Positions 14,647-23,430 of a stretch of 42,544 nucleotides of DNA are shown here, piece after piece. The notes beneath the pieces are model-generated. The model searched no databases and was not told the DNA's origin. It saw only the letters and a program-made list of their open reading frames with translations. Origin of the DNA: Actinomycetota bacterium (GTDB lineage: Bacteria; Actinomycetota; Acidimicrobiia; IMCC26256; PALSA-610); assembly GCA_046086225.1 (NCBI GenBank), contig JBJSXF010000064.1, positions 1-42,544 on the forward strand, written 5' to 3'. How positions within the stretch are numbered: the first letter of the stretch is position 1; every line of letters starts with the position of its first letter. A program made the position numbers and the translations under genes.

Positions 14647-14955
14647 GTGGCGAACGGCACCCGGCTCGAGCGGATCGAGGCCCACGAGCGCAACGCCAAG
14701 TGGCGGAATCCGCCGCTGCGGATCGAGATGTCGGAGTGCATCAACTGCGATGCCTGCCTGCGTCACTGCCCGTCCCAGTTCGGGGCGATCTTCAACCACG
14801 GGGCCGACGTCGTGATCGTCCCCGAGCTCTGCAGCGGCTGCGACAAGTGCCTCCCCGCCTGCCCGGTCAACTGCATCCATCCCGACCCGGAGTGGACGCC
14901 CGCCCCGGCCGCGTGGTGGACCCTCCCGCTCGGCCCGCTCGACCCCTACAAGTAG
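14647..14955 (+). CDS. 2x[4Fe-4S] ferredoxin
   Basis: Two CxxCxxCxxxCP motifs are present ([12 protein letters not shown] and [12 protein letters not shown]). Confidence 0.85.
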   Translation: MANGTRLERIEAHERNAKWRNPPLRIEMSECINCDACLRHCPSQFGAIFNHGADVVIVPELCSGCDKCLPACPVNCIHPDPEWTPAPAAWWTLPLGPLDPYK

Positions 14956-14966
14956 CGTCTGCCGTC

Positions 14967-15269
14967 ATGGCCGAGCCCATCACCCGTGCCGAGGTCGAGC
15001 ACGTCGCCCGACTGGCCCGGCTCGCGCTCACCGACGCCGAGATCGACGCCCTGACCGGCGAGCTCGGGGCGATCCTCGGCCATGCGGCCGAGGTGTCGGC
15101 GATCGACACCGCCGATGTGCCGCCGACCGCGCACCCGCTCCCGCTCGTCAACGTGCTGCGGCCCGACGAGCCCCGACCGGGTGCCGACCGCGACGAGGTG
15201 CTCGGGGCGGCGCCTGCGGCCGAGGACGGCCGGTTCCGCGTGCCCCGCATCCTGGGGGAAGCCCCGTGA
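14967..15269 (+). CDS. gatC: Asp/Glu-tRNA amidotransferase subunit C
   Basis: 100 aa ([33 protein letters not shown]..), immediately upstream of gatA with an overlapping junction. TAGCGT lies 8 nt upstream of the ATG. Confidence 0.9.
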   Translation: MAEPITRAEVEHVARLARLALTDAEIDALTGELGAILGHAAEVSAIDTADVPPTAHPLPLVNVLRPDEPRPGADRDEVLGAAPAAEDGRFRVPRILGEAP

Positions 15270-16681
15270 GCACCAGCGCGGCGGGGATCGCAGCCGACGT
15301 CCGCGCCGGTCGGCGCCGGGCCCGTGACGTCGTGGAGGAGCACCTGGCGCGCATCGCGGCGAGCGAACCCGAGATCCACGCGTTCAACCTCGTGCTGGCC
15401 GAGGAAGCCCGGGCGGCCGCCGACGCCGTCGACGCGTCCGACGATCGCGGGCCGCTGGCGGGCGTGCCGATCGCGATCAAGGACAACCTCTGCACCCGCG
15501 GGGTCCCGACCACGTGCTCGTCGCGGATCCTCGCGGGCTGGCGACCCCCGTACGACGCGACGGTCGTGCGCCGGGTGCGCGACGCGGGTGCGGTGATGGT
15601 GGGCAAGACCAACCTCGACGAGTTCGCGATGGGTTCCTCGACCGAGAACTCGGCCTTCGGTCCGACCCGCAACCCGCGCGACCCGTCCCGGGTGCCCGGC
15701 GGGTCGAGCGGCGGTTCGGCGGCCGCGGTGGCGGCCGGGTTCGCGCCGCTCGCGCTCGGCTCCGACACCGGCGGCTCGATCCGTCAGCCCGCGGCGCTCT
15801 GCGGGGTCGTCGGCGTGAAGCCCACCTATGGCACCGTGTCGCGCTACGGCCTCGTCGCCTTCGCGTCGTCGCTCGACCAGGTCGGCCCCTTCGCCGCGAC
15901 GGTTGACGACGCTGCGCTGCTCCTCGACGTGATCCGGGGGCACGATCCGCACGACTCCACCTCGATTCCCGACACGCTCGCCCCGCTCGGCGATGCCGCC
16001 GATGTCACCGGGCTGCGGGTCGGGCTCATCGACGAGCTCGCCGGCCCCGAGGGCTTCGAGCCGGGTGTGCTCACCGCGATGCGCGCGGCCGCAACCGCAC
16101 TCGAGGCGCGCGGCGCCACGGTCGACACGGTGTCGCTGCCCTCGATGCGTTACGGCATCTCGGCCTACTACCTGATCGCCCCGGCTGAAGCGTCGTCGAA
16201 CCTCGCCCGTTACGACGGCGTGCGCTACGGACTGCGGGTCGAGGGCGACGACATTGCGTCGATGAACGCGGCGACCCGCGACGCCGGCTTCGGCCCCGAG
16301 GTGAAGCGGCGCATCATGCTCGGCACCTACGCCCTGTCGGCCGGGTACTACGACGCCTACTACGGCCAGGCCCAGCGGGTGCGCACGCTCATCGCCCGCG
16401 ATTTCGAGCGCGCCTACGAGCGTTTCGACGTGCTGCTGTCGCCCACGTCGCCCACTGTCGCCTTCCCGTTCGGGGCCAAGACCTCCGATCCGCTCGCCAT
16501 GTACCTGTGCGATGTCTGCACCGTGCCGGTCAACCTCTCGGGTCAGGCCGCGATGTCGGTGCCGTTCGGGGAGTCGGAGGGCTTGCCGGTGGGGGTGCAG
16601 GTGCTCGCCCCCGCGCTCGGCGAGCCGGTGATGTTCCGGGTGGCGCGTGCGCTCGAGCGCGCGACGCAGGGAGCGTCATGA
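15266..16681 (+). CDS. gatA: Asp/Glu-tRNA amidotransferase subunit A (amidase signature)
   Basis: [14 protein letters not shown] and [12 protein letters not shown] signature motifs. GTG 15266 overlaps the gatC stop. Confidence 0.95.
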   Translation: MSTSAAGIAADVRAGRRRARDVVEEHLARIAASEPEIHAFNLVLAEEARAAADAVDASDDRGPLAGVPIAIKDNLCTRGVPTTCSSRILAGWRPPYDATVVRRVRDAGAVMVGKTNLDEFAMGSSTENSAFGPTRNPRDPSRVPGGSSGGSAAAVAAGFAPLALGSDTGGSIRQPAALCGVVGVKPTYGTVSRYGLVAFASSLDQVGPFAATVDDAALLLDVIRGHDPHDSTSIPDTLAPLGDAADVTGLRVGLIDELAGPEGFEPGVLTAMRAAATALEARGATVDTVSLPSMRYGISAYYLIAPAEASSNLARYDGVRYGLRVEGDDIASMNAATRDAGFGPEVKRRIMLGTYALSAGYYDAYYGQAQRVRTLIARDFERAYERFDVLLSPTSPTVAFPFGAKTSDPLAMYLCDVCTVPVNLSGQAAMSVPFGESEGLPVGVQVLAPALGEPVMFRVARALERATQGAS

Positions 16682-16732
16682 TGAGCGCGACGCAGGGAGC
16701 GTCGTGATGAGCGCGACGCAGGGAGCGTCATG
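16655..16732 (+). repeat. 26-nt tandem repeat (3 copies) of the gatA 3' end/gatB start junction
   Basis: The core gcgcgacgcagggagcgtc[a/g]tg occurs at 16659-16680, 16685-16706 and 16711-16732, with a period of 26 nt and one A/G difference in the middle copy. Confidence 0.9.
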
Positions 16733-18184
16733 ACGACCCCCTACGAGATGGTCATCGGCCTCGAGGTCCACGTCGAGCTGGCGACCGCGACGAAGCTGTT
16801 CTGCGGGTGCGCGAATGCGTTCGGCGACGAGCCCAACACGCACGTGTGCCCGGTGTGCCTGGGCCTGCCCGGCTCGCTGCCGGTGCTCAACGAGCGGGCG
16901 GTGGAGTTCGCCCTACGCGTGGCGGAGGCGCTCGAGCTCGACGTGCCGCCGATGTCGGTGTTCTCCCGAAAGAACTACTTCTATCCCGACATGCCGAAGA
17001 ACTACCAGACCTCGCAGTACGACCTGCCGATCACCGAGCACGGTCGGCTCGACGTCGACGGCACGGTGGTCGGTGTGACGCGCGCCCACCTCGAGGAGGA
17101 CACGGGCAAGTCGTTGCACGTCGGGGGCGCGGGCCGCATCCACGGTGCCGATCACTCGCTCGTCGATTACAACCGGGCCGGCGTGCCCCTGCTCGAGATC
17201 GTGAGCGAGCCCGACATCCGCTCGGCCGAGCAGGCGAAGCGCTACGTCGAGGAGCTGCGGGCCACTCTGCTCGCCATCGGCGTGAGCGACGTGAAGATGG
17301 AGGAAGGCTCGCTGCGCGTCGATGCCAACGTGTCGGTGCGGGCGGTCGGCTCCGATGCGCTCGGCACGCGCTGCGAGATCAAGAACCTCAACTCGCTGCG
17401 CTCGCTCGTGCGGGCGATCGAGCACGAGGCCGAGCGCCAGTGGGACCTCACCTCGGCGGGTGGCGCGGTGGTGCAGGAGACCCGGCACTGGGACGAGGAC
17501 GCCGGCCGCACGATCCCGGGGCGGTCCAAGGAAGAGGCGCACGACTACCGCTACTTCCCCGAACCCGACCTCGTGCCCGTGGCCCCGACGGCCGAGATGC
17601 GCGAGCGGGTGCGGGCCTCGATGCCCGAGCTGCCTGCGGCGCGTCGGGCCCGGCTCGTGGCCGAGTGGGGGATCAAGGACGACGACGCCCGGGTGCTCGT
17701 CGACGTGGCCGGACTCGCCGACTACGCCGAGCGGGCGGTCGCCGCGCTCGCCGACGGCGGCACTGCGCGCGACGTCGTCAACTGGGTGCGCCAAGAGGTG
17801 CTCGCCCACTGCAACGACTCGGGGGCGTCGCCGGCCGAGCTCGCACCGGAGATGCTCGCCGAGCTCGTGGGTCTGGCCGCCGCCGGCACGATCTCGCGGG
17901 TCCAGGCGAAGGATGTGCTCGCCGAGTCCCTCGCCGAGGGGCGCTGGCCCCGCACGATCGTGGAGGAGCGCGGCCTTGCCCAGGTGAGCGACGCGGGCGA
18001 GCTCGGGGCGGTCGTGGATCGCGTGCTCGCGGCCAACCCCGACGTGGTGGCCGAGTTCCGGGCCGGTGACGACAAGGCCCGCAAGAAGAAGCGTGGCTTC
18101 ATCATGGGCGAGCTCATGAAGGAGTTGCGGGGCGAGGGCAACCCGCAGGTGCTGAACGCCCTGCTCGACGAGCGCTTGGCCTGA
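16730..18184 (+). CDS. gatB: Asp/Glu-tRNA amidotransferase subunit B
   Basis: 484 aa (MTTPYEMVIGLEVHVELATATKLFCGC..), the canonical GatB N-terminus. Confidence 0.95.
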   Translation: MTTPYEMVIGLEVHVELATATKLFCGCANAFGDEPNTHVCPVCLGLPGSLPVLNERAVEFALRVAEALELDVPPMSVFSRKNYFYPDMPKNYQTSQYDLPITEHGRLDVDGTVVGVTRAHLEEDTGKSLHVGGAGRIHGADHSLVDYNRAGVPLLEIVSEPDIRSAEQAKRYVEELRATLLAIGVSDVKMEEGSLRVDANVSVRAVGSDALGTRCEIKNLNSLRSLVRAIEHEAERQWDLTSAGGAVVQETRHWDEDAGRTIPGRSKEEAHDYRYFPEPDLVPVAPTAEMRERVRASMPELPAARRARLVAEWGIKDDDARVLVDVAGLADYAERAVAALADGGTARDVVNWVRQEVLAHCNDSGASPAELAPEMLAELVGLAAAGTISRVQAKDVLAESLAEGRWPRTIVEERGLAQVSDAGELGAVVDRVLAANPDVVAEFRAGDDKARKKKRGFIMGELMKELRGEGNPQVLNALLDERLA

Positions 18185-18187
18185 GCC

Positions 18188-19195
18188 TCAGCGCAGGGCG
18201 GCCATGATGGTCGCGGCCTGCTCGGGGTCGAGCGGGGTCGACGCGTCGAACGACACCCGGTGCACGAGGTCGCCGTAGCGCTCGCGGATCGTGGGGCCGA
18301 CGGTCGCCGCCGGACCGCTCACCACGAACGCGTCGAGGAGCTCGTCGTCGATGCGGGCGGCCATGCCGGCCCAGTCGCCGGTCTTGGAGAGCCGGTTGAG
18401 TTCGGGCTGCAGCTCGCCCCACCCGTGGCGGTCGAGCACGACGCGGTACGCAGGCGTCGACGCGTAGAACGCGACCCGCGGGCGGGCGAGATCACGGGCC
18501 CGGGCGAGCGCGGCGTCGTCCTCGCCGACCGCGATCATGCACGGGTACATCACCTCGAAGTCGTCGGCGGTCCGCCCGGCGCGGTCGAGGCCCCGGCGCA
18601 GCGCGGGCAGGGTGTCCTCCCGCAGGAAGCGCTCGGTGGTGAAGGGGTGCACGATGAACCCGTCGGCGACCTCGCCCGCGACCTCGGTCATGCGGGGCCC
18701 GACCCCGGCGAGCGCGATCCGGGGGAGGCCGTCGGGTGCCGGGCCCGGATCGAAGAACGGGGTCATGAGGGTGTGCGAGTAGAAGTCGCCGCGGAAGTCG
18801 AGGGGCGCGCCCTCGTGCCAGGCGGCCCAGATCGCCCGCACCGCGAGCACGTACTCCCGCAGGTGGGCAGCTGGCTGCGACCAGGTCATCGAGAAGCGCT
18901 TCTCGATGTGGGTGCGGATCTGGCTGCCGAGGCCGAGGGTGAACCGGCCGTGCGACGCGAGGTTGAGGTCGTACGCGGTCTGGGCCACGGTCATCGGGCT
19001 GCGGGCGAAGGCGATGAGTACCGCGGTCGTGAGCCGCAGGCGGGTCGTGTGCTCGGCCGCGAGGAGGAGCGGGAACATCGCGTCGTGCGGGCCCTCGAAC
19101 GTGTAGGTGCCGTCGTAGCCCGCGGCCTCGATGGTCCGGGCCGCGTCGGGCACGTCGGCGAGCGAGGTGGCGGTGAGGGCAGCGTCGATCCGCAT
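18188..19195 (-). CDS. LLM-class F420-dependent oxidoreductase (luciferase-like)
   Basis: 335 aa with GRFTLGLGSQIRTHIEKRF and overall luciferase-like TIM-barrel sequence, resembling the TIGR03617 type (from memory). A GGAGGA SD lies upstream of ATG 19195. Confidence 0.88.
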   Translation of the reverse strand: MRIDAALTATSLADVPDAARTIEAAGYDGTYTFEGPHDAMFPLLLAAEHTTRLRLTTAVLIAFARSPMTVAQTAYDLNLASHGRFTLGLGSQIRTHIEKRFSMTWSQPAAHLREYVLAVRAIWAAWHEGAPLDFRGDFYSHTLMTPFFDPGPAPDGLPRIALAGVGPRMTEVAGEVADGFIVHPFTTERFLREDTLPALRRGLDRAGRTADDFEVMYPCMIAVGEDDAALARARDLARPRVAFYASTPAYRVVLDRHGWGELQPELNRLSKTGDWAGMAARIDDELLDAFVVSGPAATVGPTIRERYGDLVHRVSFDASTPLDPEQAATIMAALR

Positions 19196-19209
19196 GGTGT
19201 CCTCCGGGA

Positions 19210-19267
19210 CGTTCGGGGATCTCCCGCCGACAACCTACGGCCCGAGTGCGGCCGGCCGCTCGGTCAG
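19210..19267. repeat. direct repeat, copy 1 (58 nt), in the 5' region of the LLM gene
   Basis: cgttcggggatctcccgccgacaacctacggcccgagtgcggccggccgctcggtcag matches 20003-20058 with 4 substitutions and one 2-nt indel (hand alignment). Confidence 0.9.
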
Positions 19268-19323
19268 CGCCCCGTCGCGTCCCCCGCGCTCGGACCGAGG
19301 CCCGGGCCCGCTTCGGTGGGACC

Positions 19324-19815
19324 TCAGTCCCGGCGCAGCTCGTCGCGGAGCGCTTCGAGGTAGGGCAGCGCCATGCGGTCCTTCGGACGATCGGCGGTCC
19401 GTTTCGAGTCGATGACGTCGTCGAGGCTCGCAACCATCACGAAGATGTCGTCGCTCACCTCCTCCTCGGTCGCGCCCGGCTGCCATCCGTCGAACCCACC
19501 GGCCCGGCCCGCGGGTGCGAAGGCGAGGTCGATCTCCCCCGCATCGGTCACGAGGTTCAGGATCGACGTGGTGTTCGCGAGGAAGGCGCCGTCGAGCGGT
19601 GCGGTGACGGGCTCGGCCCCCGTGCGGATCTTGGCACCGAGGCGGGTCAGCGCCCGACCGAGCCGGTTCAGGTTGTCGGTCGATCGGGCGGGAACGATGT
19701 CGATGTCGCGGGTCGGCAGCGCCGAACCGTGGATGGTGGCGGCGAAGCCACCGACGATGACGTACTCGACGCCCTCCTCGTTCAAGATCCGGCAGATCCG
19801 AACGGGATCGAACAT
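19324..19815 (-). CDS. small Pol-beta-superfamily nucleotidyltransferase-fold protein (MNT/AbiEii-like, TA-type)
   Basis: 163 aa. VIVGGFAATIHGSALPTRDIDIV fits the G[GS]-x(9-13)-DxD minimal NTase signature. The C-terminal SLDDVIDSKRTADRPKDRMALPYL resembles the helical tail common in small TA-type NTases. The assignment is by motif only. Confidence 0.65.
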   Translation of the reverse strand: MFDPVRICRILNEEGVEYVIVGGFAATIHGSALPTRDIDIVPARSTDNLNRLGRALTRLGAKIRTGAEPVTAPLDGAFLANTTSILNLVTDAGEIDLAFAPAGRAGGFDGWQPGATEEEVSDDIFVMVASLDDVIDSKRTADRPKDRMALPYLEALRDELRRD

Positions 19816-19985
19816 CAGCGCGCCTTCGCCTCCCGCGCCGCCCGGGCGTGGTCCTGCATCTCGATCATGCGATTGGCGGCCTCGACCATGACCCGCACCC
19901 GCTCCTTCACCGGGAGCCGCAGTTGCGCACGGATCTGGGCGACGTCGACGCCGCGCCAGTCCTCCAGCGAGCGGTCATCGGGCAC
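19815..19985 (-). CDS. 56-aa ORF upstream of and coupled to the NTase gene (candidate antitoxin/partner)
   Basis: It runs from GTG 19985 to TGA 19815-19817, which overlaps the NTase ATG by 1 nt (TGATG). GC3 is very high (about 90% by hand count). The translation is VPDDRSLEDWRGVDVAQIRAQLRLPVKERVRVMVEAANRMIEMQDHARAAREAKAR. TACACT lies 6 nt upstream. The ORF is below the length cut-off of the ORF track. Confidence 0.45.
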   Translation of the reverse strand: MPDDRSLEDWRGVDVAQIRAQLRLPVKERVRVMVEAANRMIEMQDHARAAREAKAR

Positions 19986-19991
19986 GTCGGA

Positions 19992-19997
19992 AGTGTA
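19992..19997 (-). promoter_or_regulatory. candidate -10 element (TACACT) for a leaderless cassette transcript
   Basis: A TANNNT hexamer on the minus strand lies 6 nt upstream of GTG 19985. No SD is present. Confidence 0.35.
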
Positions 19998-20002
19998 GGT
20001 GC

Positions 20003-20058
20003 CGTTCGGGGATCTTCTGCCGACAACCGACGGCCCGAGTGCGACCGGCCTCGGTCAG
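20003..20058. repeat. direct repeat, copy 2 (56 nt), overlapping the stop codon of the Gfo/Idh/MocA gene
   Basis: cgttcggggatcttctgccgacaaccgacggcccgagtgcgaccggcctcggtcag. See copy 1 for the match. Confidence 0.9.
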
Positions 20059-20906
20059 AGCTGGGCCTCGATATCGGCGACGAGCGCTTGGAGGTGCAGC
20101 GCACGCGACACGCTCGCCGGGTGCGCGCCGCCCGCGGCGACGGTCACGAGCGCACGGCGCAGACGGGTGGGCCAGGCGGCGAAGTCGGGCTGTCCGTCGT
20201 AGACGGCAGTGCCGTCGGGACCGTGCACCTCGACCTCGGTGCGGGCGGGGCCGGCCGAGGCGCCGCTGATCGCGGCGGTGCTCGTTGCGCCGCTCGAATG
20301 CTCGCAGAGCAGCGAGACCCAACCGTGGGGGCTCCCGGCTGCCCGCACGGAAACGATCTCCCCGAGCGCGACCTCGAGCAGATCGAGCACGTGCGGTCCG
20401 AGGTCGAGCACCGCGCCGCGTTCGAGCCGCCAGCCCGCGGCGTAGGGGCCGGCGAGGAACGCGCCCGAGACGAAGCAGGCGCGACCTCCGGTGGGGTGCA
20501 GGTCGGCGACGGCGGCGGCGAAGGCGTCGAGGCGCGGGTTGAATCGGTGCGAGAGGGTGACGAGGGCACCCACCCCCGCCTCGGCGATGCTCCCGGCGAG
20601 ATCACGGGCCGCGTCGAGGTCGGCGGCGAGCGGCTTCTCGAGCAGCAGGTGCCGACCGGCCGCCACGGCGCGCCGGGCGAGCCCGGGCTGGATGGCCGGG
20701 GGCACGACGATCGCCACCGCGTCGCTCGCGGCGATGAGCGCGTCGGGGTCGGCGAAGGGAGTCGTGTGCAGGGTCGCGGCGAGCGCGGAAGCCTTCTGAG
20801 GATCGCGTGACCACACCCCGGTGCACGTGGTCTCGGGTCCGCTCGCGAGCACCGGACCGATCACCGACGTGGCCCACGGTCCGGCGCCGAACAGGCCGAC
20901 TCGCAT
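20055..20906 (-). CDS. Gfo/Idh/MocA-family NAD(P)-dependent oxidoreductase
   Basis: 283 aa from ATG 20906 ([15 protein letters not shown].., Rossmann GxGxxA; EKPLA motif). A GGAGGG SD is present. The rest of the 971-aa track ORF is antisense to ilvD and was rejected. Confidence 0.85.
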   Translation of the reverse strand: MRVGLFGAGPWATSVIGPVLASGPETTCTGVWSRDPQKASALAATLHTTPFADPDALIAASDAVAIVVPPAIQPGLARRAVAAGRHLLLEKPLAADLDAARDLAGSIAEAGVGALVTLSHRFNPRLDAFAAAVADLHPTGGRACFVSGAFLAGPYAAGWRLERGAVLDLGPHVLDLLEVALGEIVSVRAAGSPHGWVSLLCEHSSGATSTAAISGASAGPARTEVEVHGPDGTAVYDGQPDFAAWPTRLRRALVTVAAGGAHPASVSRALHLQALVADIEAQL

Positions 20907-20929
20907 CGGGCCCTCCACGGGGCCGACAC

Positions 20930-20935
20930 TACGCT
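20930..20935 (+). promoter_or_regulatory. candidate -10 element (TACGCT) for a leaderless ilvD transcript
   Basis: A TANNNT hexamer lies 7 nt upstream of ATG 20943. No SD is present. TAGTGT on the other strand (reverse complement of 20926-20931) faces the divergent gene. Confidence 0.4.
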
Positions 20936-20942
20936 GACCCTC

Positions 20943-22619
20943 ATGACGAACATGAAGCCCCGTTCCCGCGAGGTGACCGACGGCATGGAGCGGGCTCCGG
21001 CCCGGGCGATGCTGCGGGCCATCGGCATGACCGACGCCGACTGGGGCAAGCCCCAGGTCGGGGTGGCCTCCAGCTGGAACGAGGTCACCCCCTGCAACAT
21101 GCCGCTCGACCGGCTCGCCAAGCGGTCGAAGCAGGGTGTGCGCGACGCCGGGGGCTTCCCGATCGAGTTCGTGACGATCGCGGTGAGCGACGGCATCTCG
21201 ATGGGTCACGAGGGCATGCGGGGTTCGCTCGTGTCGCGCGAGATCATCGTCGATTCGGTCGAGTGCGTCATGCACGCCGAGCGGCTCGATGCGCTCGTGT
21301 CGTTCGCGGGGTGCGACAAGAGCCTGCCCGGCATGCTCATGGCCGCGGCCCGGCTCGACCTCCCGTCGGTGTTCCTCTACGGCGGGTCGATCCTCCCCGG
21401 CCAGTACAAGGACCAGGTGCTCGACATCGTGTCGGTCTTCGAGGCGGTGGGGGCCTGCGCGGCGGGCACGCTCACGGAGGACGAGCTGGGCAACATCGAG
21501 ATGCGGGCCTGTCCGACCGAGGGGTCGTGCGCCGGGATGTTCACCGCCAACACCATGGCTTCGATCAGCGAGGCGATCGGCATGGCGCTGCCGGGTTCGG
21601 CCTCGCCGCCCGCGGTCGATCGGCGGCGCGACGACTTCGCCTACGAGAGCGGTCGGGCGGTCGTGCGTCTCCTCGAGCTCGATCTGCGGCCCCGCAAGAT
21701 CATGACGAAGGAGGCGTTCGAGAACGCGATCGCGGTGACGATGGCGCTCGGCGGCTCGACGAACGTCGTGCTGCACCTGCTCGCCATCGCGCACGAGGCC
21801 CGGGTCGAGCTCGAGCTCGAGGACTTCAACCGCATCGGCGCTCGGGTGCCGCACCTCGCCGACATGAAGCCGCACGGCAAGTACCACATGACCGACCTCG
21901 ACCGGATCGGTGGCGTGCCGGTCGTGCTGCAGATGCTGCTCGACGCCGGTCTGCTCCACGGCGACTGCCTCACCGTCACCGGCAAGACGATGGCCGAGAA
22001 CTTGGCCGACCTCGCGTCCCCGCCGCCCGACGACGACGTCGTGCACGAGCTGTCCCGACCGATCAACGTGCAGGGCGGCATCGCGGTGCTCCGGGGCTCG
22101 CTCGCGCCGCAGGGCGCGGTGGTGAAGGTCGCCGGGATCGACGAGATGCGCTTCGACGGTCGGGCTCGCGTGTTCGACGGCGAGGACGGCGCAATGGCCG
22201 AGATCCTCGCCGGGGGCATCCAGGCCGGCGACATCGTGGTCATCCGCTACGAAGGCCCGAAGGGCGGCCCGGGGATGCGGGAGATGCTCGCGGTCACCGG
22301 GGCCATGAAGGGGGCTGGGCGCGGGGCCGACGCCGCGCTCATCACCGACGGTCGCTTCAGCGGGGGCACGCACGGTTTCTGCGTGGGCCACGTGGCGCCC
22401 GAGGCGGTCGACGGTGGACCGATCGCCCTCGTGCGTGACGGCGACCGCATCGTGATCGACGCGGCGGCCCACACGATCGATCTGCTGGTCGACGAGGCCG
22501 AGCTCGAGCGTCGGCGGGCCGAGTGGCAGGCGCCGGAGCCGCGCTACACGAGCGGGTTCCTCGCCAAGTACGCCCGGCTCGCCCAGGGGGCCGAGACCGG
22601 CGCCATCACCAACGTCTGA
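20943..22619 (+). CDS. ilvD: dihydroxy-acid dehydratase
   Basis: 558 aa with typical IlvD sequence ([21 protein letters not shown].., [22 protein letters not shown]). Confidence 0.97.
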   Translation: MTNMKPRSREVTDGMERAPARAMLRAIGMTDADWGKPQVGVASSWNEVTPCNMPLDRLAKRSKQGVRDAGGFPIEFVTIAVSDGISMGHEGMRGSLVSREIIVDSVECVMHAERLDALVSFAGCDKSLPGMLMAAARLDLPSVFLYGGSILPGQYKDQVLDIVSVFEAVGACAAGTLTEDELGNIEMRACPTEGSCAGMFTANTMASISEAIGMALPGSASPPAVDRRRDDFAYESGRAVVRLLELDLRPRKIMTKEAFENAIAVTMALGGSTNVVLHLLAIAHEARVELELEDFNRIGARVPHLADMKPHGKYHMTDLDRIGGVPVVLQMLLDAGLLHGDCLTVTGKTMAENLADLASPPPDDDVVHELSRPINVQGGIAVLRGSLAPQGAVVKVAGIDEMRFDGRARVFDGEDGAMAEILAGGIQAGDIVVIRYEGPKGGPGMREMLAVTGAMKGAGRGADAALITDGRFSGGTHGFCVGHVAPEAVDGGPIALVRDGDRIVIDAAAHTIDLLVDEAELERRRAEWQAPEPRYTSGFLAKYARLAQGAETGAITNV

Positions 22620-22637
22620 GCCGACCGGCCGCTCACC

Positions 22638-23420
22638 GTGCCCGAGATCCTCGAGGTCGAGTCGGCTCGGCGCGTGCTCGACGCCCGGGCGCTCGCGCGC
22701 GACATCGGCAAGGTGCACGCGCCCGACGCGTGGTTCCTGAAGCGGGGCACGACGGCGGCGGCGCTGCGCCACGCGTTGATCGGCAACCGGTTCACGACGG
22801 CCCGTCGGATCGGCAAGCAGATCGTGCTCGACACCGACGACGCCGACGTGCGGATCGGCGTGCACCTCGGCATGAGCGGACGGGTGCTCGTGGACGGTGA
22901 CGAGGCGGGCGATCCGCTCCTCTACGCGAGCAACCGCCGGGTACCGAAGTGGCACCGCTTCGGCGTGCACTTCGCCGACGGCGGCACCTTCATGCTCCGC
23001 GATCCGCGTCGGCTCGGCGCGGTCGAGCTGAACCCCGACGAGTCACGGCTCGGTCCCGACGCGCTGACCCTCACGTTCGCCCAACTCGATCGCGCCTTCG
23101 CGGCGCGCACGGCCCCGGTGAAAGCCGTGCTCATGGACCAGCAGCGCATCGCCGGCCTCGGCAACATGCTCGTGGACGAGGCGTTGTGGCGGGCGGCCGT
23201 CGATCCGGCCCGGCCGGTCGATGCGATCGGCACCGTCGAGCGGCGCACGCTCCACCGGGCGGTGCGCACGACGTTGCGGGTGCTCGGGCGCCGGGGTGGC
23301 TCGCACACCGGCGACATGCCGCGAGGGCCGGGTGCGGTCTGCCCGAAGGACGGCACCGAGCTACGGCGCCGCACCATCGGGGGGCGCACCACCTACGACT
23401 GCCCCGCCCACCAGCACTGA
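22638..23420 (+). CDS. Fpg/Nei-family DNA glycosylase/AP lyase with a non-canonical C-terminal finger
   Basis: The protein starts (M)PEILEVE (catalytic Pro2/Glu3). It has RRIGKQI and an H2TH motif (QQRIAGLGNMLVDEALW). The C-terminus is CPKD-x16-CPAH in place of CxxC-x16-CxxC. Confidence 0.85.
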   Translation: MPEILEVESARRVLDARALARDIGKVHAPDAWFLKRGTTAAALRHALIGNRFTTARRIGKQIVLDTDDADVRIGVHLGMSGRVLVDGDEAGDPLLYASNRRVPKWHRFGVHFADGGTFMLRDPRRLGAVELNPDESRLGPDALTLTFAQLDRAFAARTAPVKAVLMDQQRIAGLGNMLVDEALWRAAVDPARPVDAIGTVERRTLHRAVRTTLRVLGRRGGSHTGDMPRGPGAVCPKDGTELRRRTIGGRTTYDCPAHQH

Positions 23421-23430
23421 TCGGCGCCGG

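Noticed and set aside
19268-19323. Hairpin ccgaggcccgggcccgcttcgg after the NTase stop as an intrinsic terminator
   Set aside because: The stem is only about 7 bp with a G-U pair and an 8-nt loop, and there is no U-tract. This is not strong enough to call.
20907-22970. Upstream 688 codons of the 971-aa minus-strand ORF ending at 20055
   Set aside because: Only the last 283 aa (from ATG 20906, with SD) look like a Gfo/Idh/MocA oxidoreductase. The remainder is antisense to ilvD and the fpg/nei gene.
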